DNA from: Botryllus schlosseri
Lineage: Eukaryota
Reading direction: 5' to 3'
NCBI GenBank assembly: GCA_051294905.1
Contig: CM119382.1
Span: 9,300,001-9,364,000, forward strand
DNA length: 64,000 bases
Positions within the stretch are counted from its first letter, which is position 1. Each line of letters starts with the position of its first letter. Of the stretch, positions 36,601 to 51,600 are shown in pieces. Position numbers and translations under genes: made by a program. The notes beneath the pieces are model-generated. The model worked only from the letters and a program-made list of their open reading frames with translations, was not told the origin of the DNA and did not search any database.

Positions 36601-39600
36601 TAAATCCAAACACACAATTCATTTCTAACCATAACTCCTTAATCAGTTTCTTGGAGCATTGTATCCATCGATTTCCTTTCATTTCTTTCCTTTCCAAGTA
36701 ATATCCTTGAATCCGTGCTCCGCCGTCAGATGCTGGCTCTTTCCAATGAACAACGCAAGAATCCTCCAGCACGTCGTCGATTTCAATAGATTCAGGCGCA
36801 CCGGGCTCAGCTGTGACAAAAAAGTTTCATTCATAATATAAAATTATATAGAATCATATAATATAAATTGAATAGCTAAATACATATTATTATATTATGA
36901 GCTTCTAATGAAATCCTACCAAACATATTCCGTGCTGTAACAGTGTCAGAAACCAGTGCCTCCCCCTCTCCACAGTCATTGACAGGCCGTATTCGGAACT
37001 TGTATTCATTTCCTTTGATTAGCGATTTCGCCGTGAACTGACAATCTTCTTGACGTTCCGCTATTGTTGACCATGAAACTCTCGCCATGTCTCGCTTGGA
37101 CACCACATAGTGAGTGACCTTTGAACCTCCGTTGTCGATCGGTGGATCCCAGTTGAGTGTTACTGAGTTGTTGCTGATATCGGAAAATCGTACGGGTCCG
37201 GTCGGCGGGCCTGATTTGTCTGGAAATATGTGTGGAATTACATGTTGCCATAGTTAGTAGTGGTAGTCAGGTAGTCAAACTAGTATAGTGGATAGGTATT
37301 ATGAAGTAGCAAAGTAGCGTAACCTGTATATTGTAGATACTGCTGTGCTATACTTCACTTGTGAATCAACCTATTTTGTGAGATCTTGAACCAAAGAGAT
37401 TGCTCAATACAGATTTATTAGTAGTTGTTTCAGTAAGTAGCGTTATCTTGAGTCTAAATTCTATCTGACACAGTCTCGCAGTTTTGCACTCTCTCAAACG
37501 AGAGAGTGACGTCATACAGGGACTGCGTCATTAAAAACTACTATAGCATGCACAATCTGTAGTACGTGATGTATTTGTGTAGTAAGCTCCATGCTAGATA
37601 TCGGGCGTGTTAACTTAAGACCAGAGTGTTCGAAAATATATTTACTTACTGTGATACGAGGGCTATTACGCATGGTTCTTATGACAATTTCACTCCTAAT
37701 GTGATGCATACTCATGCCACAACTACTTTTCACTTTTGAAAGTCAAGATTGCAAAAGGAAAGTACTCTGAGAAAATATATGTATGTATGTACTTTGCTAA
37801 GAACCGCCTCTGTGTGTAAGGCACACATTCCTCATCATTAGAATTAGTTTGGCTTAATGGCAGAAATGGATTTCATGTGATGCTGTAGCTATATGCTTCT
37901 ACACTATATACAAGTTGACTGAGGATAAATTACAGCTGAACTGACGGCATTACCAGCATATAAAAGTACAAGGCGAAAAAGTTTTGTAGATTTGAAGACG
38001 AAACATTCGCGATTTCTTACCAGAAACCAGAAGTCTGACAGTAGCCGTTTTCTCCCCGCAATCGTTGGTGGCGGTCACTGTATAAATTCCGGAATCACCT
38101 TTGCTGCAATCCTTGATCAAAAGACTGCTGTGATCGGGAGCGGAATCGACGGACATTCGGAAATTTTCCATGATCCCACAACCGTCACGAGACCACGTCA
38201 CATTCGGCACGGGCTCACCGCCGACACCAACATGCAAACGCACAGCGGTACTAGCCGTGACTTTGATCCCTTCCCGTAAATGCGGGTCGACGTTGATCTG
38301 TGGGGGTTCTGAATAAACGGGTATGTCATATTTTTTCAATCCACACCACTGTCACAAAACCCATTGGCAAAACCCGGTTTGTAATGCCAATTATTATTCA
38401 TCAGTTAGATCGTTAAGGCATAGCTATATTATTTGTGATGCCACTAAGCGAGCTGATCCACCCACAATTATCTATGATGTGATGTGGAAAAGGCATTACT
38501 TCTTTTGTGGTCTCATATGGTATATATTTTCCATATTATCCATATTGTTATGATACTTGAATACTCAAGATCGAATCACACAGCCCCAGTGCACAGCACT
38601 CACTCATGTTATCTTCGCACTTGAATTCACCGGTGCTTTCTGACGGCTCACTGAAAATACCAGCCTGGTTTTTCGCGATGACGCGAAATTCGTATTCTTT
38701 CCCAGCTTCTAAACCTGGAACAGTACGCAAGAGAATTCCTTAATGACTGTAGCGATGTAACAATATTTGCAACCATAAACACTATCATGTGTAAAAGCAG
38801 TAAAATTTCAAATTTGGAATTGCGCGGTTTCCCGGAGTCGGAATTAAGATGAATTTGGTTTGTAGCATTTTTTTAGGCAGCGCAACATTATAATCGATAT
38901 GCAAGTGAAGTTTAGACTTTTCTTTGAACAGTCATATCCGATAAAATCCATCCAAATAAGTAGGTTTTGAGGTCTTGCGCATTATTTTTTGCTTTGAAGA
39001 TGAAATAATAATTTGGCAACATTGTGTGTAATTGCGTATGTTCGGGACAATTTTATTATCACTCGTTACCAATTCTGTTAATTAGACACAACGTAACAAC
39101 GTAACTTTAGACAGCTTATTACTATATCATAATATTGTTTATTATGAGATGACGGCGAAAAAATTCAATTATGGAAAAAAATGGTAGAAAAGTGTTTTAT
39201 TTGCCGCAAAACTAAAGCATTTCACTTCAACAAAATGTGTGCCATAGCAGAATAATTGCTGTACTTGATTGATTTAAACTTTGCCTTATGCTACTTGAGG
39301 AAAAACTACAATAACCAGAGCTAATTAAAACAAGACAAAGAAACATTTTATCAATTTCCGCACAACCAATGTCTCTTGAATCAATGCGAATAATATTGTG
39401 ACTTTTTGAGGCAAATACCCACCCGTAAGAGTATACTCCCTGTCCGGTATCATATTGAACGTGGCTTTAGTCCATCGTCCGATAGGAGCTTCTCGCATTT
39501 CCACGATATAACCGACGATCCTTTGTCCACCGTCATACTCTGGCTTGTCCCATTGCACAGTACAAGACGATCGACTGTGACAAGCATGGAAGTCACTACT

Positions 39601-42600
39601 ATTATAACATAAGGAGAAATTAAAGTAACAAACCTTAGATCTTTAACGCAAACATTGGGAGGCGGGTCCACTGGATCTCTAGTGAAGATACCATCACAAA
39701 GTCGACTAGCTTTGCCACATCCAGCTAAATTTTCGGCGATGACCCGTATTTCGTATTCCACACCCTCTCTCAGACAGGACGCTTTGAATTGCGTCGTTTT
39801 CACCGAAATTCGATTCAGTCTCTTCCAACCAGACACATCCCGCTGTCTGCATTCTACGTGGTAACCCGTTACGGGATTGCCACCGTCGTTTACAGGTTCT
39901 TGCCATTTGACGAAAACGCTTTCTTTCGATAGAATTTTCACGGTGACACCGCCAGGAGCCACAGGGGCCTAAAACGCAAGATTATCATGTATATACTATC
40001 TCTTACAGTTAATACCAGATATTGTGAATAAATATGATTGGTGGTGGTATAAGTAATCATCTGTGATAGTCCAGTAGAATTAGAAGTAGCGATTTTACAG
40101 TACATATAAAAAAGTATTCTTGGCCTAGGCTTGCCGAAAAAAAAGTGTTAAGTAAAATTGGAGGTAACCTAAATACAAAACCATTTGTCTAAGTAATGAA
40201 AGTAATCATAACCTACTTGAGTACTTCATTACTGGCCACCTCCTATTACGAATTTGATTTATCAAATCAAAATTTCATAATTATTAGTAAACGATGAAGG
40301 ACACGGCAGAAAAAAAAGACCCACCTTGTATCCCAATTGTGGTATAACTGTCGGAGTTTGAGTAGGAGTACCAGACCCGAATCTGTTATTCGCACGGACC
40401 CTAAAAGTGTATTCTTGCCCCTTCGTAAGACCGATACACTTGTACGTATTGCGGACCACAGTGCAAGATATTTCCTTCCATTGCGGTTCTTCCGGTGTTC
40501 GATAATCGACGGTATAAGATCTGTGGAAGGTTATCGAAATGAAATTTTCGACGAAAATTTTTTCAAATCATTATTATCGATACCTTATTGCACAGCCTCC
40601 GTCTACTGAAGGCGGACTCCATGTAAGTTCTACAGATTTGTTTGTAATGTCTGTGGCTTGAAGATCTGATATTGGTCCCGGTTTTTCCAAGACGATCACT
40701 TTCACGGATGCGGATTTAGTTCCAACTGTGTTGGTCGCTATCACTTCATAGACACCAGCATCGTTCTGTGACAGTTAATTTAAATTACATTCATTCGCAT
40801 ATCTATGAGCATTGTGCATGTGTATTCTGATGTAATTCGCAAGGGCAAATACTACAATATGCATAAATGTTCTGAATATACGATAATGGAACCAATAACA
40901 CAGCAATGACAAAATTTCTAATTGTGGAGAGTCATTGGTCCCTTCAACTATGTATAGTTACAAATATTCCAAACAGAATATTGATTAATTCCACTTCCGG
41001 ATGGGTGGAGAGAAAATGGAGGTAATACTGATCTCTATAGGTGACAAAAAACCACAATATTGACATGACAGCTATCAAATTTTTAGACCCAAGTTATTTT
41101 ATAATGATTGATGCACACTGATCCATTCCAATATTATGACAGGTTGATGTATTATGATATTAGCATCTAAATGACACCACAATCCTACCTGTGACATGTC
41201 AATGACTTTCAAACTAGTGACACCGACTCTGTCACTATCAATTGAAACCTGTTGCCCTTGCAACAAATCAACGTCATCCTTCCTCCACAATATGCTCGGC
41301 AGTGGTTTTCCAGAATAAGGAATCTTTGTAGATGGCAGGATTAGAAAATGATTTGATCGCAACAATATAATATCTTATACCTCGAGCGTCAAAGGTGCGC
41401 CTGCTTTTACGTACAACAGACCGTGCGCGATGGAGCAAGAATCTATCGTCGGCATTAAAAAGTTATCTTGAACCACGATCACCGAAGTCGTATCTTTGGG
41501 ATCTGACATTCCGGCTTCGTTCAACGCCATCACACGGAACGAATATTCGGAACCTTCTTTCAAATTTTTGATCACCGTTTTTGTGTCTTTCACAGTGCCA
41601 CGTTTTACCCATTTCTCTTGTTCTCTCTCCAAAGACTGTAATTTGAATTGTATGATATAGGATATTCATTCATTCGAGAACATATTTATCAGTCGAAAAC
41701 ATCATAGGATTGTGACACAACGAAAAGGAGTCGAAAGGGCTTGTAGCAGTCTTTCAATCAGACACCTACCTTGGCCTGTAACATGTAAATAAGATACATA
41801 TGCACATTGAAAAATAACAGAAGATAACAGAAAAGGAATGTGATGGTAGGCAAAATCGATGTCAGATCTTGGTCCGGTAATCTCGAGAGCTGACAAGTTT
41901 TCATTTAATTCAATCTGCTTGCATTTTGACCTGACACATTTGCTTACAAGGGCTACTAAAAACGTGTTTAGGCTAATTTGAGACCGTAGCCATCTATAAG
42001 ACAAATCCATAAGTACAAAGCAGGTGGTTAATTGTACCAAACTACGCAAAAAAGATTTTAGTAACCTGTTAGCATTAAAAGAAAGTATTAGCATCATGGT
42101 AATGGTGACTGGCCTGAAATCTAAAATCACCAGCATATGTTACATAGAACCACTGCGTCTTTTGCGCGACTATGTAATGCTAAGCCATAAAAGGAGAAAT
42201 GCTGAAATTTTTCGTTACTTTCCACGTGAATGACTTACCTCAACAATATACCCCGTAATGGGGCTGCCCCCATTATGTTCTGGTTTTCCCCACTGTAGAG
42301 TAACCGACGAGCGATCGATGTCAATGGCTTCAACTCTGTTAGGTGAGGTAGACACTTCGCATGCCTTTGTTGGTCTCGGGGTTTCTATGTATTCTCCCAT
42401 GCCTTGTTCGTTCTCAGCGCAAACTCTGTAATTTGAGTATTGTATTGGCAGTCTTATTTACAGTCATATTGGAATGTGGAGAAATATTAGTATTGGTCAA
42501 TGGTATTTGATAATATAAAAGATGTATTCTGCAGAAAAAAGTTGATTACAATGATTGGAATTATAGTAATTTCGAAAACAGACCACTTTGGAACCCATAA

Positions 42601-45600
42601 TTTTACATTTAGTAGACATTCCCTGCAATGAATACTAGCCCAAATCGGTCACAGAAAATCTGAAATATCTACGCACTGATAAACTAAGTATATCTTCCCG
42701 GAATCACCAAAATATCAAGTTATTTGCCAAAAATTTGATAATCGGCCTATCATGAACATATACCAACGCTATATGTAACATGAAATTTAAGTCGTTACCT
42801 GAAAAGGTAGCTTTTCCCTTCACCTAGTGATACCTTTACGAAGGTTTTCTCGCAAGATGGAGTGATAGTAGACCAAGTGGTACGATCTGTTTCCCGCTTT
42901 TCGATGACATAATTTGTAATGTGAGATTCTCCATCATTTTCGGGAGCCTTCCAGTACAGCATAACCGAATCTTTACAAACATTCTTCACCTAAGCAGGGA
43001 GCAAAAAAGGCGCGCATGAGAGAGCAGCGATCAAATTGTTGAAAGAAATATGACAGCAATTATTACTTCGAGATCTCGACAAGGTCCTGGCGAATCCAAC
43101 ACTCTGACAATGCAGCTTCCGGTGGCGGTACCAGAGTCGTTTTTCAAAGTCACAGTGTATTTCCCGGTGTCGTCTCTAGTAGCCACGGACTTGTAGAGCA
43201 TAGTACGAAATTCGGTGGTATCTAACTCCAAGCCATCTTGAAGGTCCTTGTCATCTCTGGACCAAACAGCTTCAGGCGCCGGTTTGCCACGGATTGAGAC
43301 AAGTATTCTGCAAATCCCATCAATTTAATGGTCAAGTGTAATAGAAGAGTATGATAGAAGGGAAATTGGAGAAATGAAATCGTTTCAAGGTACAACAGCG
43401 GAAGAACCTTTCAGAAGAAGCAGCGTCTCTCATCACCTGATTGGTTTCCCGGCTTTTATAGTTAAATTTCTGATTTCATCCAAAATTTCAGGAGGTTCAA
43501 ACTTATCGATGATCTCAACGCTGGCGGGCGTCTCGGTGTAATCGCTTAATCCTTCTTCGTTGAAAGCAGCTACTCTGAAGAAGTAGCTTTCCCCAGTCTG
43601 TAAGTTTACAGAAAGTAATATTTGAAATGGCAAATAAGTACTAAGTAGTGGTTAGAGATTGCACAAATGACGAAACTTTGACGCATATCAAAGTGTTTTA
43701 GCGGATAGCAGATTGTATTTATAAAGGATTATGTTTGCATTGCTGGATTTGGCTGAATATCTACCTAATATTCAGACTTAAATAAAGTATTGCAAGATTG
43801 ATCTAACACTTGGTATGCTCATAGATTTAGCAGTTGGCAAGGACTAAAATACTGACTTAAATAGCTACGTAACACCAGTAATGAATCAACTAGATTGACA
43901 GTATCACGACGAAAGTTTACAATCACGCCAAAAAGCAATCGCCATTGAAATTAATCTCAAAAAATTTCTTTTCAATTTCTTCCATTGAGTCTTACACAGG
44001 TCGAATTCTAGCTGATGGTTAATGACTTTTATCCCAAAAAAACACGGGAACACATTGGCATCAGCCATGGACAACACAAAAATACCAGTAACAGCCTCAT
44101 ATTTGTACAGTGGTCGATTACCATAGCAAATAAAATAGTGAAATTATCAATTCATAAGTGGACATTCAATAAGGTTTGAAATCTGTCAAGATCTTATATA
44201 TACCACTCAAAGAAAAAAACACCAATCTTAGTAATCAAAAACTGCCTTACCACCAAATTAGCGATGGTGCAACTGCAGGATTTCACTCCAGACTCAGGAG
44301 TGCTTAATATCCACCCCTCTGGCTCATCGTCATCGGTTTCGCGCATTCTCTCTACCAGATACCCGAGTATTTCCGAACCGCCGTCGTCCTCAGGCGTGGC
44401 CCACGTCAACGAAACCGACGCAGACGTGGTATCGGTGATTCTCGGCGTGCCCGGAGCGTCGGGGATATCGATGGGATCTCGACATAGTGATGGCGCGCAT
44501 GGTTCGGAAGGTTCACTCAAACCAGCTTCGTTCTCGGCAATGAGGCGGAATTCGTATTCGCGACCTTCTTTCAGTCCGGTTACTTTATGTTGCAGTGCCG
44601 CGATTGGTCTTAATATAGAACGAGAGTTAAAGTAAAGGCATGAGACTGAATTATATTCGATATCATTTAAAATGGATGTGATGCTGTAATGTACTTAGAG
44701 CTTATTGATGTGAACATATCAGAAGGTCCTCAAGTGCAGGTCTACAAGAAAACGAATGAATACCACCATCTACTCGACATTGTACAACACAATGTATTAA
44801 TTGTAATCAAGTAGTGATAATGCCTAATCGCAATACACGTCAAATGTAACACTAATAGAGGAATATGCACCTCTTCACTGGTCTTCTCCATCTTTTAGCG
44901 GACTTGATTTTCGTTTCGATGATATAACCGGATATAAGTGTCCCGCCATCGCACTCTGGGGCGGTCCATGATAAGACTGCAGAATCTTTGGTCACACTGG
45001 TCACCTTCAATAACATATGGCAGTGATGCCTCAAACCGTTCCAGAAATTTACCAAAGAAAGATATTGCTAGCTATATATCAAGGATTTGTCCAAGTTTAT
45101 CAACGATAAAGAGTCTCTCTCTCTCAAATGATATAATAGATGATATTGTCATATAATATTCAATGAGTACAAATTTCGCTTGCCTCCAAGCTTGGAAAAG
45201 CATCCAAAGCACTTACTTTTGGGGGAGCTGGAAGTCCCGGAACATTATAAGGATTCTTAGCCACGACAGGCTTGGATTCCAAAGGCACGCCGACTCCCAG
45301 TTTACTAACGGCCATCACGCGGAATTTGTATTCGTTATTTTTCAAAAGCCTCTTCACCTGTACAACACATGAACGTAGTTAACAGTAAAAGAAAACAAAA
45401 CATTACAGTAACATACTGTATAAGAAGTTTCCGTTACATCAGTAGCAAGGAAGCTCCACGCCACACGGGATGTTTCCCTTTTTTCGATTAAGTAGTGAGT
45501 CACGGAGGCTCCACCATGATTCAAGGGTGGGCTCCAGGTTAATTTGCATTGGTTTGTTGTAACCCCTGTGATTTCCAAGGGTCCAACGCAAGGTCCTGAC

Positions 45601-48600
45601 TTGTCTTGAACTACCACGGTAATCGTAATCGATCTGAATAATGAAAATAATTCGATTGTATTGCATTGCATGAGATAATTGGTATTGGAACAAACCTTGA
45701 CCCTGCACAATTCTCCAAAAATAATTCATATTTCCCCGAGTCATTCCTGGTAGCATCCTTGATCGTCAGCAAAGTACTACATTCCGTATTATCAATTGCA
45801 ACTTTCCAGTTATTTTCAAGCTCTTCTTTGTTAAACATCCATATAATTTTCGGTATAGGCTTCCCGAATACGGCGGCAGAAATTTTCACATTGTCACCAG
45901 GCTTACTGAAGACAGTATCTCTCAAATTTGGATCAAGGTCTAACCGTGGTGGTGTAAAATCATCTTTGCATTTGACAGGGTCAGAAGCGTCGCTAGGTTC
46001 TGATATTGAACCGGCTGCATTTTTCGCGGTTACTCTAAACTCGTAATCTTCTCCTTCAGTGAGACCCGTCACAGAGTACGCGCATTGTAACACGTTGCTG
46101 AAATTACACCTCATCCAGCGTGCTTGATTTGCGGCAATGCACTCTACGATGTATCCGGTGATTTTGGCGCCGCCGTCGTGCTCTGGCTTTCTCCATTTCA
46201 AGTCGACGCTGTTCTTTGTGACGTCTGTGATCTCTAAGTCTAGCGGAGGTGAGACCTGATCGATTGCTAGAATAGTATCGCTGGCCTGGCTTGGTTTGCT
46301 TTTGCCTGCAGCGTTTTCAGCCACGACTTGGAATTCGTAAGCGTGCCCGCTCTGTGAAAAATGATGCAATGTTATTAAATACAGAGCAGTCGTTGGTTAA
46401 TTCTAGCCGTGGTAATATAAAAGAAGCAGTAGGATGAACTAATTTCATAGTAGTATTTTGAAGTTTATATATATGAGCTATAATGGGGTGTGCCTAAATA
46501 TTCACTGTTTAGTTTTCAGAATATCAATGCATCAATAGAGATGGTCAAAGTCGTCAGCATTAGCAGTAAAGTTGGAGTAATGCCATAAATTTTTACTCAA
46601 TTAGTACTAGAAAAGGTGATTTGCATGAATTTTAAAAATTTCTTCAAGAAGAAGTAGAAATTGAAGGCCTTGGGTCGCAAACATTTAACAGTTGACTGAT
46701 GGCTGAAGATACATCTCTGCAACTAATGAAAATTACTGATGACACTGCAAGCAGGTGCCATTGAGTAAGTAGTAGAAAAGTCCTACTCCAATACTTCAAA
46801 AAGTAGGATTACTTTGTTACTGAGCACCTGTATCGATTATAATAATTATCGTGACCTTTGCGATTTCAATATCAGCACTACAGTTAAACGGCTGAACGCA
46901 CGTTATCTGTACCACAATCATTACATTTCATTATTTACCTCCAGCCCTTTCACGGTGTACTTGGTCTCTAGAATATCCATATTGTTTGCTTTACTCCAAA
47001 ACAGACCGTTCCTCTCCTTTACAGCAACATGATAAGCAATCACCGGGCTGCCGCCATCGTGAGTAGGCTCATGCCAAGATAGAGATATACTATCGCAAGA
47101 CACACGAGTTGCCTACGTAAAGAAAACATGTTACGAAAACTATTCCAACAATCCATATCATGCGTCATACCCGTGGAATACCCGGCGACCCAGGCTTATT
47201 GAACGGGAATTTGACCACTATCTTTTCAGAGCATACGTATGGACCGCGTCCGAATCTATTCTCAGCAGCTACTCGAAACTGATAATCTCTGCCCAAAGTC
47301 AGGTTTGCGATCTGCAAATTACACACAGGTATGGTTGAGTCTGAAATCATTGGTTTACCCGACAATTCTTACCTTAATCCTTGGCCTCACCGCAGGAGAA
47401 TATTCCATCCATTTTTCCGAGCCTACCTCTTTGTATTGCACCGGATAGTGTGTGATTTGGCAACCACTGTCCTTGGCAGGCGGCGACCATTTCAATGTTA
47501 CGGAATTCTGGGTGACGCTTTCAATGAGCAAATCCGATATTTCGCAGGGCTTGTCATATACATTTAGTTTCACCTCGGCTGTAGAGCAAGGAATCGTAAT
47601 GAATATGTGCATCTCATCTAAGGCTTCAAATGCAATTCTTGTAATGACTTTCTACTATGATACCTTAGGCCAGATTGCGATAAAAGATTTGACTGAATTT
47701 GCTAAAACCGCCTAATCGAACAAATATAGAGGTTTACATCTGTGAAATTGAGATTATGCAAGTATTATATGTTAACTGTATTACTTTAACTTTCAATCAA
47801 GGATCAGAGACTTCAAATTTGTATCATATTAATCAATGGATCATATCCAGACTGGTATCAACGCCCACCGAAAGTTATCACGCCAAACACATAATTATAA
47901 CTTACCTGTCATAAAACCGGCAGTATTACTGGCCGTGATGCTGTAAATCCCGGCATCATTCAAGGAACAATCCTTAATATTCAAAGTGGTGTGAATCTCA
48001 TCGTTAACGGTCGACACTCTTGAAGTTTGACGCAAATTTTGCCCGTTCAACTTCCACACGATGTCGGGAAGTGGCTTGCCAGAAGTAGGCAACGTCAGTT
48101 GCAGAGCGCTTCCCGCCTTTTTGTTGATTCCGTCTTTAGGAATATCTCTGACACACACGGACGGCTCTTCTACTAAATCTTTGACCGTTACTAGTTTTGA
48201 GAGCGTGGCAGGCGTGCCGAGACCCTTGTCGTTCTTTGCTCTAACACGGAATTGGTATTGGCGGCCTTCCTCCAAGCCTTTGACGGTGATTTTTAATTCT
48301 TCGACGGTTTTATACTGCTGCCAGTTGTCGAATCCGGCGAGAACCATTTCCACTACGTACCTGGATTTCATACCAAAGAAAATGTATAAAGTCGCTCCAG
48401 GAGGTGCAGAACTTCCATATACAATTGAATAATTGTTCATATTGAAATAAACCAGAATATTTTGGGCTGACACTCGACAGGGGTAATCGTCAGCAACTAG
48501 TAGAGAAATACTATATCTTTGGAACGTGTGATGCTATGCATCAAGATAACCTTAATACAAATGAGTTGTATATACGAGAGATTCTTAAACTATGGTGCAT

Positions 48601-51600
48601 GGACTCCTTGAGGGTCTGCATACCTGAATTAAAGAGTTTATGAAATGCCAATGTTGACGCTACAACTATGAACCATATAACTACACCACTCTTGTAAGAT
48701 ATGTAATTATTTTTAGCCTATGTCCAACTACCGACTTATTTTCAGGATTCACCACAGGTCCCGATAGCCACACGAATGATAGGAATGCTGATAATTACAT
48801 TTCGAGTCAGTGTTTAGGCAGCAAAGACATCAAGGACAAAAATATGTCCTTTTCTTGCTTCGATAGGTAATCTGGCCGTATCGAGGACTGGGCCAAAGGG
48901 ATGACATTTTTTTATTCATCGGGTATCTTTTTAGGCATCAACAAAACCAGATGAAAAGTGACAGCCATTTTGTTACTTGTCTGACTATGCTAACTTTATT
49001 AAAAACTGAAGTCAGTATTGAATACAAAATCTGAAACAAGCACACAAGAAACCTACCCTTTAATATCGCTCCCGCCATTACTAAATGGTTTTGTCCACGC
49101 CAGAGACACGGAATTTTTTGTAGAATCCACCAATTTGATAGTGCCTGGAGCACCTGGTTTTGCAGACACCAATATCGGTATCTTAGTCTCACACGCAGTA
49201 CCGATTCCCTGAGAATTTTCGGCTGACACACTAAAATGCATAAGACAATGATAGCAAATTCGTGCAGGATACAAGGCAATGAAAATCATACCGGAAGAAA
49301 TAGCTGTCTCCCTCATTCAAATTAGTCACGGTAAATGTACTAGAAGCGCAATCGTCTGATATGGTAACAAAAGATCTCCTGGAACATTCTCTTTTTTCTA
49401 TGACATAATTTGTGACGGGTGAACATCCGTCGTAACGAGGGGGTTCCCAGTTCAGTATGATCTCGTTTGCCGCTACGTCTTTCACAATCAAATCTGTAAC
49501 CGCTCCTGGGCTGCAGATAACCTACGAAAAATTGATACACTGGTATACATAATAAATGTATACTGTATATTGTCGGATCCTACATGTACCATTGATAGAT
49601 TTCTCTATCTCCTTTCCACATTATGGAGTGGAGAGTTTGCCATGAAGACCAAAGTATCAATTCACATCACAATTCAATTAAATAACTCAGTTACGATAAC
49701 ATTCTTACAGACGATACAAATCAGTATTTGCTATCAATATCTTACGATTTTTCTTCACAAATATGAATGGACTTGGCCATGGAGATCAAAGTATAAATCT
49801 ACATCACAAGTTATTTTTAATATTTCAATATTCACAAATATATATCGTGACAGTCACATATTTAAAGAGTTCTAACAATCCATATACACAGCAACCATCT
49901 CACCTTGACTTGAAACACAAATTCTGCGTTTCCTTCTGTGTTTTCGATTGTCGCAACGTAAATGCCAGCATCTTCTCTCTCCGCACACACAAATGACAGT
50001 GAAGTAAAACAGTCCGATGTTTCAATAACACCGTGATCCTTGATGTTGGTCTGAAAAAGTACCGGTTTTAAAAGCGAAAAGAATTACGAAAGAAATGTCA
50101 ATACCTCCTCTCCAGACTTTATCCAAGAGACGGTAGGACTCGGCCGTCCGATGAATGACAATTGCATTTTGATTGGATCACCCGTTTTTGCCAAAATATT
50201 TCTTGCCGTGGATTCGTCAATGATAAACTCTGGCGGTTGAAACACGTCCATACAAGGGATGGGGTTTCTGAAAAGAATAAACAAATTTCATATACGAGAT
50301 TAACCGAATTAGGATTTGATTTTGTGTAAGGTGCCGGCAGCATCACAATGCATACCAAGGAAAGGGAAGGAAAGGACGTAGCTTATTTTTATCCTTGATG
50401 TTTTTACGGCATATACACCGACTCATGATACACATACACACGATCTGCGCACATGCATACCATGAGTGCATGATGTGCATATGCCGCCGGACAATAGGGT
50501 GCAGATATAGCCTTTACGGCTTTCTAGATCATGCACCGTCCCTCCATGCTATCCCAGTAATGCGTGAGCGCAAAGCAGGGAAGCCATGGATACCAGTGTT
50601 ACTAATCAGGTCTTTGGTCTGACCCGGCCGGGAATCGAACCCATGACCTACCGATCAAGAAGCCGGACGCTTAACCATTACGCTATCTTGTCGGATCGGA
50701 GTGTCGGAACCAGGACAAATCTCCCCTGGCATAAACCTCAAACAGCAAATTAACACACCTTGAACCAAGCTACTGTATTCAATGATACAGATAGAACTGT
50801 AATTATACCTGAGTGTAATGTATGCTCCAGTACCAACTTTATTAACCGCAGCGACTCGGAACAGATAATTAGTCCCTTCTTTAAGATCGATGACATTGAA
50901 ATCATAATCAATTAAATGCTTCGGTCCAGACACTTTCTCCCAAGCCAACAAAGATTCATTATCTTCTTCACAATCCGAAATGTCACAGCAATCTTCCTCT
51001 TCTAAGGATGCCTCGGGGAGTGTCTGCTCGATTGCTTCCACGATATACCCGAGAACGTCACTGCCCCCGTTTAGAATAGGAGGATCCCAAGACAAAAGCA
51101 CGGAGGACCTGGTGGTGTCTTCGACTGAAAACAGGGACGCAATGAATTGTAGTTTAAACTTATGATACTTTCATCGCAACAGATTAAATTATGTATCGTT
51201 TTTGTTGTTTTGTTGTTGTGTTGAGTCACACCTAACCGTAAACCTATTCATTGCATTCATACAGTTATTATAAAGGAACTTGCACGCTACTGTAAACATT
51301 TTGCAAAAACAAGTTTATAAAGCAATTTCACAGCATACACTTTGTCTTATTGTGAGCATTTGGGTGAGAATCATTCTTGTGCATGGTACTATAATGATTA
51401 TGTGTTCATATAATTTTAAAGTGTTGGATTCTATAAATTTGCAATTTCTGTAAACAAGAATACTTTTTGTGCTAGTAGCTGACAGTTCGAAAATATTTGG
51501 GTTCATTACAATATTAACATTTAGTCAATTGTATACTGAAGTTCTGTACGTCCAAGTGTTATAATATATGCAATATTGCAATATATGTTGTGATGAAAGC

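Noticed and set aside
36595-36630. Alternative donor AG|GTCAAG extending exon 36630-36810 by 11 codons
   Set aside because: In frame, but it would insert a hydrophobic stretch into an Fn3 strand. The TG|GTTAGA donor gives the canonical spacing KKLIKELWFHAVGL.
50620-50688. tRNA gene
   Set aside because: A and B boxes are present, but no complete acceptor stem forms and the head continues into a body shared with 53846-54131. It is a SINE head.
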